DNA from: Candidatus Babelota bacterium
Lineage (GTDB): Bacteria; Babelota; Babeliae; Babelales; Vermiphilaceae
Length of the DNA stretch: 64,000 bases
NCBI GenBank assembly: GCA_040878395.1
Contig: JBBDMI010000006.1
Span: 67,145 to 131,144, forward strand
Direction: 5' to 3'
Part shown: one piece after another, positions 37,140-45,898 of the stretch
Layout of the letters: each line of letters starts with the position of its first letter
Position numbering within the stretch: position 1 is the stretch's first letter
The notes under the pieces: model-generated
Told to the model about the DNA's origin: nothing
What the model saw: the letters and a program-made list of their open reading frames with translations, nothing else
The model's database searches: none
Position numbers and translations under genes: made by a program

Positions 37140-38666
37140 TTATATTTTTACCAAATAATTTCCCTGCTGATTAACTTTATAACCTAACTTAAGCAATGGT
37201 GCCAGAAAATCCGGAACTTTCTTTCGTTTATGTACATGTGATCGCTTACAACACAAACCCATTTGATTTAGATCAACAAAACTCATATTCAATAAACGAT
37301 AAAGATCATTAAAGTTTTGACAGCAGGCTCCATCTAATATTTTTTTAATATCAGATTTCCTTACCAGATTCATGGTCCATGCAAATGGTTGACGCCAATC
37401 AAGCTCTGCTTGATTAAATTGCCAAGCATAAAAACCATCCGGTGTTTGAGTAAATAGAGGCTTTTTCATTTCACGCTTAAGTAAGTGAGTTCCGGTTACA
37501 TCATCACCAAGACTAAAATTGAATGATAATGCTTTGGTTGCCTCTAGCGCATTAACTGCATCAACTAACGGGATTGCTTCAGTTAAAACAAATGTATCAG
37601 TAGTCAACAAAAGATAACCGGAATTTTGGCACATCCAATCAAGAAACTGACACAACGAACCCTCTTGATTAAATGTTACAAAATCAACGGTAGGAAATGT
37701 TGATTGCAACGCAAGCACTGAAGATGCATGAGGTTCTTCAGTGAGAACTACGACATCCTGTATAGGTAATGCTGAATTTTCAATTTCCGTGAGAATAGCA
37801 TGCAAATCTGTAGGATTAAGTGAAAAAATAACGATATCAATGGGATCCATTGAACGTTTTGATGTTATATAATTGGTTGCAGGCAAATATTTAGGACTAC
37901 TACGAATAACGCGATCACAATGTAATTGATAAATCACATTTTTTTTATAATCATTAATTGGCGTTTCTTCATTATAAACATACAATACATCCGGAATAAA
38001 CCGCATGTGAGATCCGGCCAATTCCAACAATGGCATCATCATAGCCATATCACAAGTAATACTAAAATAATTTCCGTCATGCACAAAATCACGCAACTTT
38101 ATTTGCTTGAATAAACCTGCATAAAAAGTGCGTAAATGCGAAGTCATCCAGTCGTATTCACGAAAGACATTTCGTTGAATAACTGCACGTGGCATTTGAC
38201 GACAGTAGCCTAATTTTCCATCCGGATGACGTTCAAATTGTCCATAAGTCAACCATACCTCTGAATCCTGATACTCTTGATTCACACGTTTTAAAACATC
38301 ATTATGCGCAAGCCAATCATCACCATCAAGATGAATAACGATTTCATCATCATCACACATCCAAACCGCTTTATAATGATTGGCCATTGCACCCTGATTG
38401 GTCTCATTGCAAATCAATGTAACTTTTTCATGCAAATTATGTTTATCAATATAAGATTTCACCAAGCTACCGGTTCCATCAGGTGAACAATCGTCAATAT
38501 ATATAATACGATAATTGGTATAATTCTGAAAACATGCCGAATTTAAATTGCGCTCATACCATTGCGCATTATTATACGACGGAATCACAATGACCATCGG
38601 TTTTTCTTCATACGAAAAGAGACTAAAAGCGTGTATTAATGTGCAAAAAATAAGCGTTTTTTTCAT
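37140..38666 (-). CDS. two-domain glycosyltransferase: N-terminal GT2 plus C-terminal divergent GT-A-like domain; signal peptide
   Basis: MVIVIPSYNNAQW, YRIIYIDDCSPDGT, IHLDGDDWLAHND, SHLRTFYAGLFKQ. The C-terminal domain (IDIVIFSLNPTDLHAIL, GYLLLTTDTFVLTE) is collinear with 25861 and 32897. Start at Met3 (MKKTLIFCTL) with AAGGA spaced ~5 nt. Confidence 0.7.
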   Translation of the reverse strand: MKKTLIFCTLIHAFSLFSYEEKPMVIVIPSYNNAQWYERNLNSACFQNYTNYRIIYIDDCSPDGTGSLVKSYIDKHNLHEKVTLICNETNQGAMANHYKAVWMCDDDEIVIHLDGDDWLAHNDVLKRVNQEYQDSEVWLTYGQFERHPDGKLGYCRQMPRAVIQRNVFREYDWMTSHLRTFYAGLFKQIKLRDFVHDGNYFSITCDMAMMMPLLELAGSHMRFIPDVLYVYNEETPINDYKKNVIYQLHCDRVIRSSPKYLPATNYITSKRSMDPIDIVIFSLNPTDLHAILTEIENSALPIQDVVVLTEEPHASSVLALQSTFPTVDFVTFNQEGSLCQFLDWMCQNSGYLLLTTDTFVLTEAIPLVDAVNALEATKALSFNFSLGDDVTGTHLLKREMKKPLFTQTPDGFYAWQFNQAELDWRQPFAWTMNLVRKSDIKKILDGACCQNFNDLYRLLNMSFVDLNQMGLCCKRSHVHKRKKVPDFLAPLLKLGYKVNQQGNYLVKI

Positions 38667-38676
38667 TATCATCCTT

Positions 38677-39798
38677 TTACCAATTCATAACAACTGCAGC
38701 TTGCTTCATCACATAAACTTCATGTTGAATCATTTCTTTGACCAACTGTTCAAAATTAACTTTTGGTTCCCAACCAAGCTTTTCTTTCGCTTTTGTTGCA
38801 TCACCAATGAGCAGATCGACTTCAGCCGGTCTGAAATACTGCGGATCAACAAAAACATACGGCGTACCGGTACGTTTATCAAGGCCACGTTCGTTCAATC
38901 CTTCACCTTCCCATACAATTTCGATACCAACATGTGCAAATGCAATTTCAACAAACTCACGCACTGAATGCATTTGTCCGGTTGCAATCACAAAATCTTC
39001 CGGTTCATCTAACTGCAAAATACGCCACATCGCATCGACATATTCACGTGCATGACCCCAATCACGCTTTGCATCAAGATTTCCTAAATAAAGAGCATCT
39101 TGAAATCCGAATTTAATACGCGCAACAGCACGAGTAATTTTTCGTGTTACAAATGTTTCACCCCGCACCGGTGATTCATGATTAAACAAGATGCCATTAC
39201 ATGCATATAAACCGTATGCTTCGCGATAGTTTTTTGTTATCCAAAAACCGTACAGTTTTGCAACACCATATGGTGAGCGAGGATAAAATGGTGTTAATTC
39301 TGTTTGTGGAATTTCTTGCACTTTCCCATACAGTTCACTGGTTGACGCTTGATAAAAACGAGTTTTATTGGTCAACCCTAAAATGCGAATCGCCTCCAAA
39401 ATACGTAAGGTGCCTAATGCATCAACTTGTGCTGTATATTCCGGAAGTTCAAACGAAACGGCAACATGACTTTGAGCAGCTAAATTATAAATTTCATCCG
39501 GCTCAATCTCTTTTATTAATCGGATAATATTACTTGTATCGGTGATATCGCCATAATGTAATTCAAATCTGTTGTCCGGAGATTGATGTTTATCTCTATA
39601 GATGTGATCTAATCGTGGAGTATTGAATGATGAAGCTCGACGTTTGACCCCATGAACTTTATACCCTTTTTGTAATAACAGTTCAACTAAGTATGAACCA
39701 TCTTGCCCGGTAACTCCGATGATCAATGCAACTTTGGCATGTATGGATATAACACCTAGTAACAACAATAAAACTAATTTAAACATACTTTTTTTCAT
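38677..39798 (-). CDS. gmd: GDP-mannose 4,6-dehydratase carrying an N-terminal signal peptide-like extension
   Basis: [76 protein letters not shown]. Homology to E. coli Gmd ([18 protein letters not shown]) starts right after the leader [26 protein letters not shown] lies 5 nt upstream of ATG 39798. Confidence 0.9.
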   Translation of the reverse strand: MKKSMFKLVLLLLLGVISIHAKVALIIGVTGQDGSYLVELLLQKGYKVHGVKRRASSFNTPRLDHIYRDKHQSPDNRFELHYGDITDTSNIIRLIKEIEPDEIYNLAAQSHVAVSFELPEYTAQVDALGTLRILEAIRILGLTNKTRFYQASTSELYGKVQEIPQTELTPFYPRSPYGVAKLYGFWITKNYREAYGLYACNGILFNHESPVRGETFVTRKITRAVARIKFGFQDALYLGNLDAKRDWGHAREYVDAMWRILQLDEPEDFVIATGQMHSVREFVEIAFAHVGIEIVWEGEGLNERGLDKRTGTPYVFVDPQYFRPAEVDLLIGDATKAKEKLGWEPKVNFEQLVKEMIQHEVYVMKQAAVVMNW

Positions 39799-39817
39799 TC
39801 TCATCCTTTTTTTTACC

Positions 39818-39844
39818 TTTGTCATCCTCGAAGAGGATCCAGGC
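39818..39844. repeat. solo arm of the TTTGTCAT-hairpin repeat family
   Basis: tttgtcatcctcgaagaggatccaggc, with hairpin atcctc-gaa-gaggat. It lies ~20 nt upstream of the gmd copy 1 start. Confidence 0.7.
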
Positions 39845-39891
39845 TAAAATAACTTTCATTCAAAAAACTATTTTAGCTTATTTAAAATAAA

Positions 39892-40899
39892 CTACTCTGC
39901 TTCAAATATATGAAATCGCTCACACCATTCAAGGGTTTTTTCAATCCCTGCTTTTAAATCGGTTTTTGCTTGCCATCCGAGTTCGGTCATTTTATCAACA
40001 TTGAGCAGCTTACGCGGTGTTCCATCAGGCTTTGATCTGTCCCAAACAATTTCACCTTCAAAACCAACAACCTCTTTTATCATGTTGGTCAACTCGGAAA
40101 TTGAAACATCAACACCGGTACCAATATTGACTATTTCACTGCCATCATATTGATTCATTAAGAAAATACAAGCATCAGCTAAATCTTCAACATACAAAAA
40201 TTCACGAAATGGGGATCCTGTTCCCCAAGCAACAAATTCTTTTTGGCCACGCAACTTTGCAGTATAAACTTTACGCAATAATGCAGGCAAAACATGTGAT
40301 GTTTCTAAATTAAAATTATCATTTGGTCCATATAAATTTGTCGGCATACATGCAATAAAATTTGTTTCATATTGACGATTATAAGCTTGGCACATTTTAA
40401 TACCGGTTATTTTTGCAATTGCATACGGCTCATTTGTCCATTCCAGTTCACTGGTGAGTAAATACTCTTCTTTCATCGGTTGAGGACAATTGCGCGGATA
40501 AATACATGAAGAGCCTAAAAAGAGCATTTTTTTTACTTTAAAATGATACGATGCATGAATAATGTTCGATTGAATCATTACATTGTCATAAATAAATTCT
40601 GCTGGTTTGTCACGATTTGCCAAAATACCACCAACCTTTGCCGCACACATAAATACATAATCCGGACGCTCATGATGAAAAAATTTGTAAACTTCTTGTT
40701 GATTACGCAAATCAAGCTCATGGTGATTACGCGTTATGATATTAGAATAACCTTCATCTTTTAATTGACGTACAATTGCAGAACCAACCAATCCACGATG
40801 ACCTGCAACATAAATTTTTGCTTTTTTATGCATCTCTGCTTGGCACGAAACTGCAGCAGTCAAACCTGCCATTACCATCGACAATCCTCTCTTCATCAT
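39892..40899 (-). CDS. fcl: GDP-L-fucose synthase (GDP-4-keto-6-deoxymannose 3,5-epimerase/4-reductase) with hydrophobic N-terminal extension
   Basis: KIYVAGHRGLVGSAIVRQL, LGSSCIYP, EPYAIAKI, PTNLYGPNDNF, SHVLPALL. GGAGA lies upstream of the MMKRGLSMVMAGLTAAVSCQA start. An internal Met23 (40833, MHKKAKIYVAG) would give a canonical cytosolic form. Confidence 0.85.
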   Translation of the reverse strand: MMKRGLSMVMAGLTAAVSCQAEMHKKAKIYVAGHRGLVGSAIVRQLKDEGYSNIITRNHHELDLRNQQEVYKFFHHERPDYVFMCAAKVGGILANRDKPAEFIYDNVMIQSNIIHASYHFKVKKMLFLGSSCIYPRNCPQPMKEEYLLTSELEWTNEPYAIAKITGIKMCQAYNRQYETNFIACMPTNLYGPNDNFNLETSHVLPALLRKVYTAKLRGQKEFVAWGTGSPFREFLYVEDLADACIFLMNQYDGSEIVNIGTGVDVSISELTNMIKEVVGFEGEIVWDRSKPDGTPRKLLNVDKMTELGWQAKTDLKAGIEKTLEWCERFHIFEAE

Positions 40900-40959
40900 A
40901 TCTCCAATCTATAAGCTTTTAATAATGGGACATCTTAGCAATTGTTCCAAAAAGAGTAA

Positions 40960-40989
40960 AGAGCAGAAGGTACAAGTACCTTCTGCTCT
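40960..40989. terminator. strong hairpin, probable bidirectional terminator
   Basis: A 14-bp perfect stem agagcagaaggtac / gtaccttctgctct, with T-rich tracts on both strands (tcgtttttatttttt on the plus strand, ttactcttttt on the minus strand). Confidence 0.6.
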
Positions 40990-41008
40990 TCGTTTTTATT
41001 TTTTGTGT

Positions 41009-41290
41009 CTATTTTGTATTAGTTATAATTTCTCCGACTATATCTAATACTATAATTCCAGCATAAACGGCAAAGATCGCTAATCCGGCTTTATAATAGA
41101 CATCACGCCATTCATTATCTACCAATTCTTGAGTGCTCGGACTTATAAGATAAACTGCCTCGCCATTTTTAACCATTTCTTCTGTTTTTTCATCTACATA
41201 AAAAATATCTGTATCGATTGTATTTGCATGCAGTAATGAGATATTACCAAAAAAAAGTAAAAAACTTAAAAAAATAATTCGCAACATCAA
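41009..41290 (-). CDS. small membrane/secreted protein
   Basis: 93 aa. Leader MMLRIIFLSFLLFFGNISLLHA and a C-terminal TM helix (AGLAIFAVYAGIIVLDIVGEII). Confidence 0.5.
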   Translation of the reverse strand: MMLRIIFLSFLLFFGNISLLHANTIDTDIFYVDEKTEEMVKNGEAVYLISPSTQELVDNEWRDVYYKAGLAIFAVYAGIIVLDIVGEIITNTK

Positions 41291-41298
41291 TGTCCCTT

Positions 41299-41613
41299 TT
41301 ATACTAATGTCTTTAAAACTTTATTCATTGATTTTAGCTCTGAATTCATTTTAATGAACATCAAAACTGATAGCATCGTACCCCATGCGCATATTAAACC
41401 GGTCAACATTTGTACCGCTGAAACACGTGACAAAATACGCGTATATGCCAATTGAAGTTCAGATCTTTTATCTTTCTCAAAAATATTTTGAATTAAAGTT
41501 ATCACTTTATCTTGCTCTGCTTGATCAATATTTTTTGCTTCTGCTGCATCCAATGGCGTTACCATACACATTATTAAACTTAAAAAAACAATGTTTTTTA
41601 TATTTTTAATCAT
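41299..41613 (-). CDS. small membrane/secreted protein
   Basis: 104 aa. Leader IVFLSLIMCMVTPLDA and a C-terminal TM helix (MLTGLICAWGTMLSVLMFI). Confidence 0.5.
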   Translation of the reverse strand: MIKNIKNIVFLSLIMCMVTPLDAAEAKNIDQAEQDKVITLIQNIFEKDKRSELQLAYTRILSRVSAVQMLTGLICAWGTMLSVLMFIKMNSELKSMNKVLKTLV

Positions 41614-41638
41614 TATTAATCCAATACAGTTTTAAAAT

Positions 41639-42592
41639 TTATTTATTCAAATTTATAGATTTCACCATAGCTAATACTCTGCTAATAATGCCTGGATTCA
41701 GTCTTGAAAAATCTTTTTTCATTTCCTGTACTCGACACAAAATCTGATCATAGCTTATTGTTGGATGAACTTTATCATTATTAAAGTCCCATGAAATTGC
41801 ACTTTGAAGAGCATCTTCTAAAACTCTAGGCTCAAAATATTCTGTTTGCTTTGCAATATTACGAATCTGTTCATCAGACATACTGTGTTTTATACTAAGA
41901 TATCGTTTTATAATTTCAACTCTATGATCTTCTGAAGTCTTTTTTAAATCATAAATAGACTGGCCAAAATGGTGTTGATTATGCTCATCAAGATCATCCC
42001 AAATATCTAAGTCTATTCCTCCAATCAAAATAAAACGTCCTCGATATTTTCTTAATAACATCCAAAGATCTGCAGGCATAACAACCTTGTCACAGCATTT
42101 TGCACCAAAAAGCAACAATTCATCCATAACTAATGCTATTTTTACATCACTATTTTCTAATTTATCACCAATTTCATATATTTTACTTTGTAGGTATCCA
42201 TTAAAATTATACTTAAAACGGCTATAGTCTGACTCAACATCAACAAATTCGACTTCTCCCTCAATCATAGAGGCCATCGCATAGATCATATCTCTCTTAC
42301 TAAAGCCATAACCGCGACATCTTAAAATAATCTTATTAGGTACCAATTTAGTTTGATCCCTATTGAATCGATCAATTTTTTTTGCTAAATCCGGATAAAA
42401 TTTTTTAATATCTTCAACCAATTTTGGATCAAATTTTCGTCTACCCCATAGGCTGGTATTACTTTCACTGTTTTTTATTTCAATGTTGTCTTTGCTTGAA
42501 ACACCATCAGGCAAATTACTATCGGCCAATAATATTCCTGCACTCATTACCAATGAAAAAACTATCCCTTTTTGCACTGTTTGCTTTGTCAT
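41639..42592 (-). CDS. degenerate AAA+ ATPase-like protein with signal peptide (Walker A eroded, Walker B kept)
   Basis: Collinear with the classic AAA module. KIILRCRGYGFSKRDMIYAMA stands in place of the G-PPGTGKT-LA region; IALVMDELLLFG corresponds to Walker B hhhhDE; RFILIGGIDLDIWDDLDEHNQHHFGQSIYDLKKTSEDHRVEIIKRYL corresponds to ATNRPD..LRPGRFD..I...P....R..IL. Leader GIVFSLVMSAGILLA. Confidence 0.45.
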   Translation of the reverse strand: MTKQTVQKGIVFSLVMSAGILLADSNLPDGVSSKDNIEIKNSESNTSLWGRRKFDPKLVEDIKKFYPDLAKKIDRFNRDQTKLVPNKIILRCRGYGFSKRDMIYAMASMIEGEVEFVDVESDYSRFKYNFNGYLQSKIYEIGDKLENSDVKIALVMDELLLFGAKCCDKVVMPADLWMLLRKYRGRFILIGGIDLDIWDDLDEHNQHHFGQSIYDLKKTSEDHRVEIIKRYLSIKHSMSDEQIRNIAKQTEYFEPRVLEDALQSAISWDFNNDKVHPTISYDQILCRVQEMKKDFSRLNPGIISRVLAMVKSINLNK

Positions 42593-42707
42593 GCCTTAAT
42601 CCTTGTATGAGACTTGTTAATCTTATCATTGAGTGTAACAAGAAAAATAAAATATAAAAATGGCAAGTTAAGTTTTTACGATGAAATAAAAATCATACAA
42701 AGAAAAA

Positions 42708-42732
42708 GCCTTGTGTATTTGTTACACAAGGC
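42708..42732 (-). terminator. intrinsic terminator downstream of the large ankyrin gene
   Basis: gccttgtgta-tttgt-tacacaaggc. On the minus strand it is followed by tttttctttg. Confidence 0.65.
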
Positions 42733-42755
42733 CTTGTAAATAATATCGATTTTAA

Positions 42756-44804
42756 TTAAAAGCTGTTCATTTGAGTATGCAATTTCCTACTCGCTTTACT
42801 TTCATGGAAGCAACGATGATAACACACATCATCTTTGTCAAAGATGTATACAAATGCACCATTAAAACCGGTACGAGTTGAAACATATTGATCATCAATA
42901 GCATATGTATAATCATAATACTTATGTTCAATTTTACCTGGAATAACAATTGCATATAAATTTGCCGGAACATATAAACCTATATCATCACACAACTGTT
43001 TATACTTACCGTCAACTGTATCATCTATGCGCACACCATAAGACAAATAATCATCGAGTTGATTACTAAAGAGATGAAACTTATCAGTTGCATCTTTATG
43101 TTTCTCTTTATAATTGTCATGCAAACGAACTGCCTTTGGTGAATTTTCCTTTGACAATGCACGGCGATTATACAAAACAAGTGTCATAGGATAACGACCC
43201 AACTGTCTAAATGCCGCATGTGAATCATCAACTTGCAAGACGCACGTTTCACAATCAAATATATGTGATGGATCCACTTGCAACCATTTTACACTTTTTT
43301 GCTTTACTTCTTTTTTATCATCAGGTAACGATACTATTTCTTTCTTTACACTTGCCGGTGGCGAACTGCTAAAAGCATTTTTTCTAGCTAATTTTTTTGC
43401 TCTTCTTTTAGCTTGTTGCTTTTGTTTTTGCGAAACTTGTTTTTGTTGTTGAACCATCTGACGCTGTAATAGTCGAGCAATTGCTTTATGGTCATTTTGC
43501 TTTGCAATATCAATCGGCTTTTTACCATACTTATCAGCTTGATGCAGATCTGCTTTATAATTAATAAGAACTTCTACCGCATCCAAGCAACCATATTGAG
43601 CTGCAAGAAATAATGGCGACACTCCGTGACTATCACTTATATTGGCCAACTTCTTATCATATGAACATAGTTTATTAATTAAATAAGGACGATCATATTG
43701 CGCAGCTTTATGCAACGCTGTAAAACCTTCATCAACTTCTACTAACTGCGTACGAGCATTTACTTGATATTTTAATAAAAGATCTACTATATGAGGATGC
43801 CCCTCTAAAACAGCAAAATATAATGGCGTACTTCCTTGATGCGCAATAGCATCCTTATTTGCACCATTTCTTAACAAATATGTTGCAATATCAAGATGCC
43901 CCTGTGAACATGCAATATGCAATGGAACAATGCCACTTGAAGTTTTTGCATGTATATCAGCATCTAATGTTATTAATCTTTTTACTGCAGAAAGTTTGCC
44001 GACATGCACCGCTGTATGCAATGACGTAACTCCTGAATCTGAAGCGATATCAACAGGAACGCCTCTTTCTTTTACCAATAATTCGATAATACCTATAAGA
44101 TCGCGTTGAGCCGCAAAATGTAACGCTGTATGCCCTTTAGCATTTTGCGCTTTCAGATCAATGCCAGTAGATACTAAATATTTCGATAATTGTTCAAAAC
44201 TCAATACAATAGCTAAATGCAATAAAGTATTGCCACCAGCTGTTTTGAAATGTAGATTTGCGCCTTTACTCAATAAAAAAGTCACCATTTCAAGTTGATC
44301 ATTAATAACAGCCATGGAAAGTGGTGTGTGCCTATCTATTGATAAAGCTTCCAAATCTATGCCCTGATCTATCAATAATTCTGCAATTTTAATACGACCA
44401 TGAAGCGCCGCCAAATGAAGTGCAGTACAATGCTTTTTGCTCACTAATGTCTTATCAGCACCAGCATCAAGCAAAAGTTTAGTTATATCAAAATAACCTT
44501 CTTGCGCAGCTATCAACAACGGAGTGCAACCATTATGCCGAACATTAATATCAACTCCCGGAAACTTCACAAAAGCTTTTACTGTTTCAACGTCTCCATT
44601 ATATGCTGCTGCAACTAAAACAATTTGTTTATATGGTAATAAATGCTTAAGTGCCTCATTTTTATACTGAGCATTGTTTGTTGCACAAGCTAATTGATAC
44701 ACGCTGCTCCACTTGGCAGCTTCGTTGAAATCTTGATCACTAGCTTTTAAATAGCCAAAAATGGATATCAAACAGATAAACATAGAAAATAATTTACGTT
44801 TCAT
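42756..44804 (-). CDS. ankyrin-repeat protein (~11 repeats) with signal peptide, Lys/Gln-rich linker and unknown ~200-aa C-terminal domain
   Basis: Repeated G-x-TPL-H-x-A...G...hh..Ll..GA motifs (CTPLLIAAQEGYFDITKLLLDAGAD, CTALHLAALHGRIKIAELLIDQGID, and so on). Linker QQQKQVSQKQKQQAKRRAKKLARK. Leader MKRKLFSMFICLISIFGYLKA. Confidence 0.85.
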   Translation of the reverse strand: MKRKLFSMFICLISIFGYLKASDQDFNEAAKWSSVYQLACATNNAQYKNEALKHLLPYKQIVLVAAAYNGDVETVKAFVKFPGVDINVRHNGCTPLLIAAQEGYFDITKLLLDAGADKTLVSKKHCTALHLAALHGRIKIAELLIDQGIDLEALSIDRHTPLSMAVINDQLEMVTFLLSKGANLHFKTAGGNTLLHLAIVLSFEQLSKYLVSTGIDLKAQNAKGHTALHFAAQRDLIGIIELLVKERGVPVDIASDSGVTSLHTAVHVGKLSAVKRLITLDADIHAKTSSGIVPLHIACSQGHLDIATYLLRNGANKDAIAHQGSTPLYFAVLEGHPHIVDLLLKYQVNARTQLVEVDEGFTALHKAAQYDRPYLINKLCSYDKKLANISDSHGVSPLFLAAQYGCLDAVEVLINYKADLHQADKYGKKPIDIAKQNDHKAIARLLQRQMVQQQKQVSQKQKQQAKRRAKKLARKNAFSSSPPASVKKEIVSLPDDKKEVKQKSVKWLQVDPSHIFDCETCVLQVDDSHAAFRQLGRYPMTLVLYNRRALSKENSPKAVRLHDNYKEKHKDATDKFHLFSNQLDDYLSYGVRIDDTVDGKYKQLCDDIGLYVPANLYAIVIPGKIEHKYYDYTYAIDDQYVSTRTGFNGAFVYIFDKDDVCYHRCFHESKASRKLHTQMNSF

Positions 44805-44974
44805 ATTGAACCCCCATTCAATGATATATACCTAAAAAATAGATTTTTTTAGGTGTTTTCCCGATAAAAAACGGCTTTAACCGTACTATAATTATACAAC
44901 TTTATTTCATTTTGTAAATAAAATATTGGATCTTAGCTATAAAATATTAGTCAAAGGAAGAAAATAGCTTGCAT

Positions 44975-45805
44975 TCACCGATTTTCGGCATAGCGTAATT
45001 TTAAATATTTTTGCCAAATATGTGGAAAGACATGAGCAATATATAGATCAAGCTTACGACGTTCATCAGACGAAACTAGCAAAGCATGATGCTTTGTTTT
45101 TTCGCCTTTAGTTAAAGAGGTGTCTTCCTGCTTTTCATACATCGATAAACTTGCTAATTTGTGTTCATCATACTGTGCCATAAAATCGTCTAGATATTCT
45201 GGACTAACATTTAAAAAATTCAGTAATTTTTTAAACACCTGCTCAGGCTGTGTAATCAAATCTTCATAATAAATGAGATGCCTTTTGTCAGGACACCATT
45301 CATCATACAACTTTAAAATATCAAAATAGTTCATGGTTAAGGTATTGTTAAATAGCTCTTTTGCTGTTGGATTATCAAGCGACCTGTTTTTATTTCGCCG
45401 TGAAAGCAGATTAAAAATTCTTGGCAACGCCTCTTTTGGATTACGCACAATCACAATTAAAGTTTCTTGTTGCGAATCGAATGTACCCATCATTTTCATT
45501 TGATCAATATAATGTACTTTCCAAATAGGCAACTTATTATAATCAGTTTGCATATCAAACCAATAACCGAAAGGACAGTTGATTTTTGTTATTTTTTCGG
45601 TACGCATCTCCAACGTCGGACGCTTGGTTAAATATTCAAGACAATAACGCAACCATGTGTTTCCTGAACCGGGAAATGAAAGTAAATAGGTTTTTGGTGC
45701 ATCAGTATAGAACCGAGAAAGATTCATCTGATCAACATCAACCCATTCGCCAACTTTTGCATAAAAAGAACAAAAAATAAGTAGGGTGAATAACATTTTC
45801 TTCAT
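44975..45805 (-). CDS. sulfotransferase-like protein with signal peptide
   Basis: LLSFPGSGNTWLRYCLEYL (P-loop-like PAPS 5'-phosphosulfate site) and VIVRNPKEALPR (3'-PB-like). Leader MKKMLFTLLIFCSFYA. Confidence 0.5.
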   Translation of the reverse strand: MKKMLFTLLIFCSFYAKVGEWVDVDQMNLSRFYTDAPKTYLLSFPGSGNTWLRYCLEYLTKRPTLEMRTEKITKINCPFGYWFDMQTDYNKLPIWKVHYIDQMKMMGTFDSQQETLIVIVRNPKEALPRIFNLLSRRNKNRSLDNPTAKELFNNTLTMNYFDILKLYDEWCPDKRHLIYYEDLITQPEQVFKKLLNFLNVSPEYLDDFMAQYDEHKLASLSMYEKQEDTSLTKGEKTKHHALLVSSDERRKLDLYIAHVFPHIWQKYLKLRYAENR

Positions 45806-45898
45806 AGCATTTTACTTTCATTTTGTTGTTTTACTTCCTGTGCTCATCTAGCATTAAATGCAACCTTAACACAAAGATATCGTAATATACCTATAGAT

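Noticed and set aside
28092-38486. A set of mutually similar plus-strand ORFs antisense to the GT2 genes: 28092..28274 MRQPIITINV.., 30045..30227 MSQPIISIKY.., 38304..38486 MRKPIITIKM.., and part of 32244..32651 ..MRQPIITINY... They looked like a conserved small-protein family.
   Set aside because: They are the reverse-complement shadow of the conserved DGDDWL / HLAN-type blocks of the seven GT2 paralogs. Their similarity follows from sense-strand paralogy. They have no SD motifs and lie wholly inside much longer, motif-rich ORFs.
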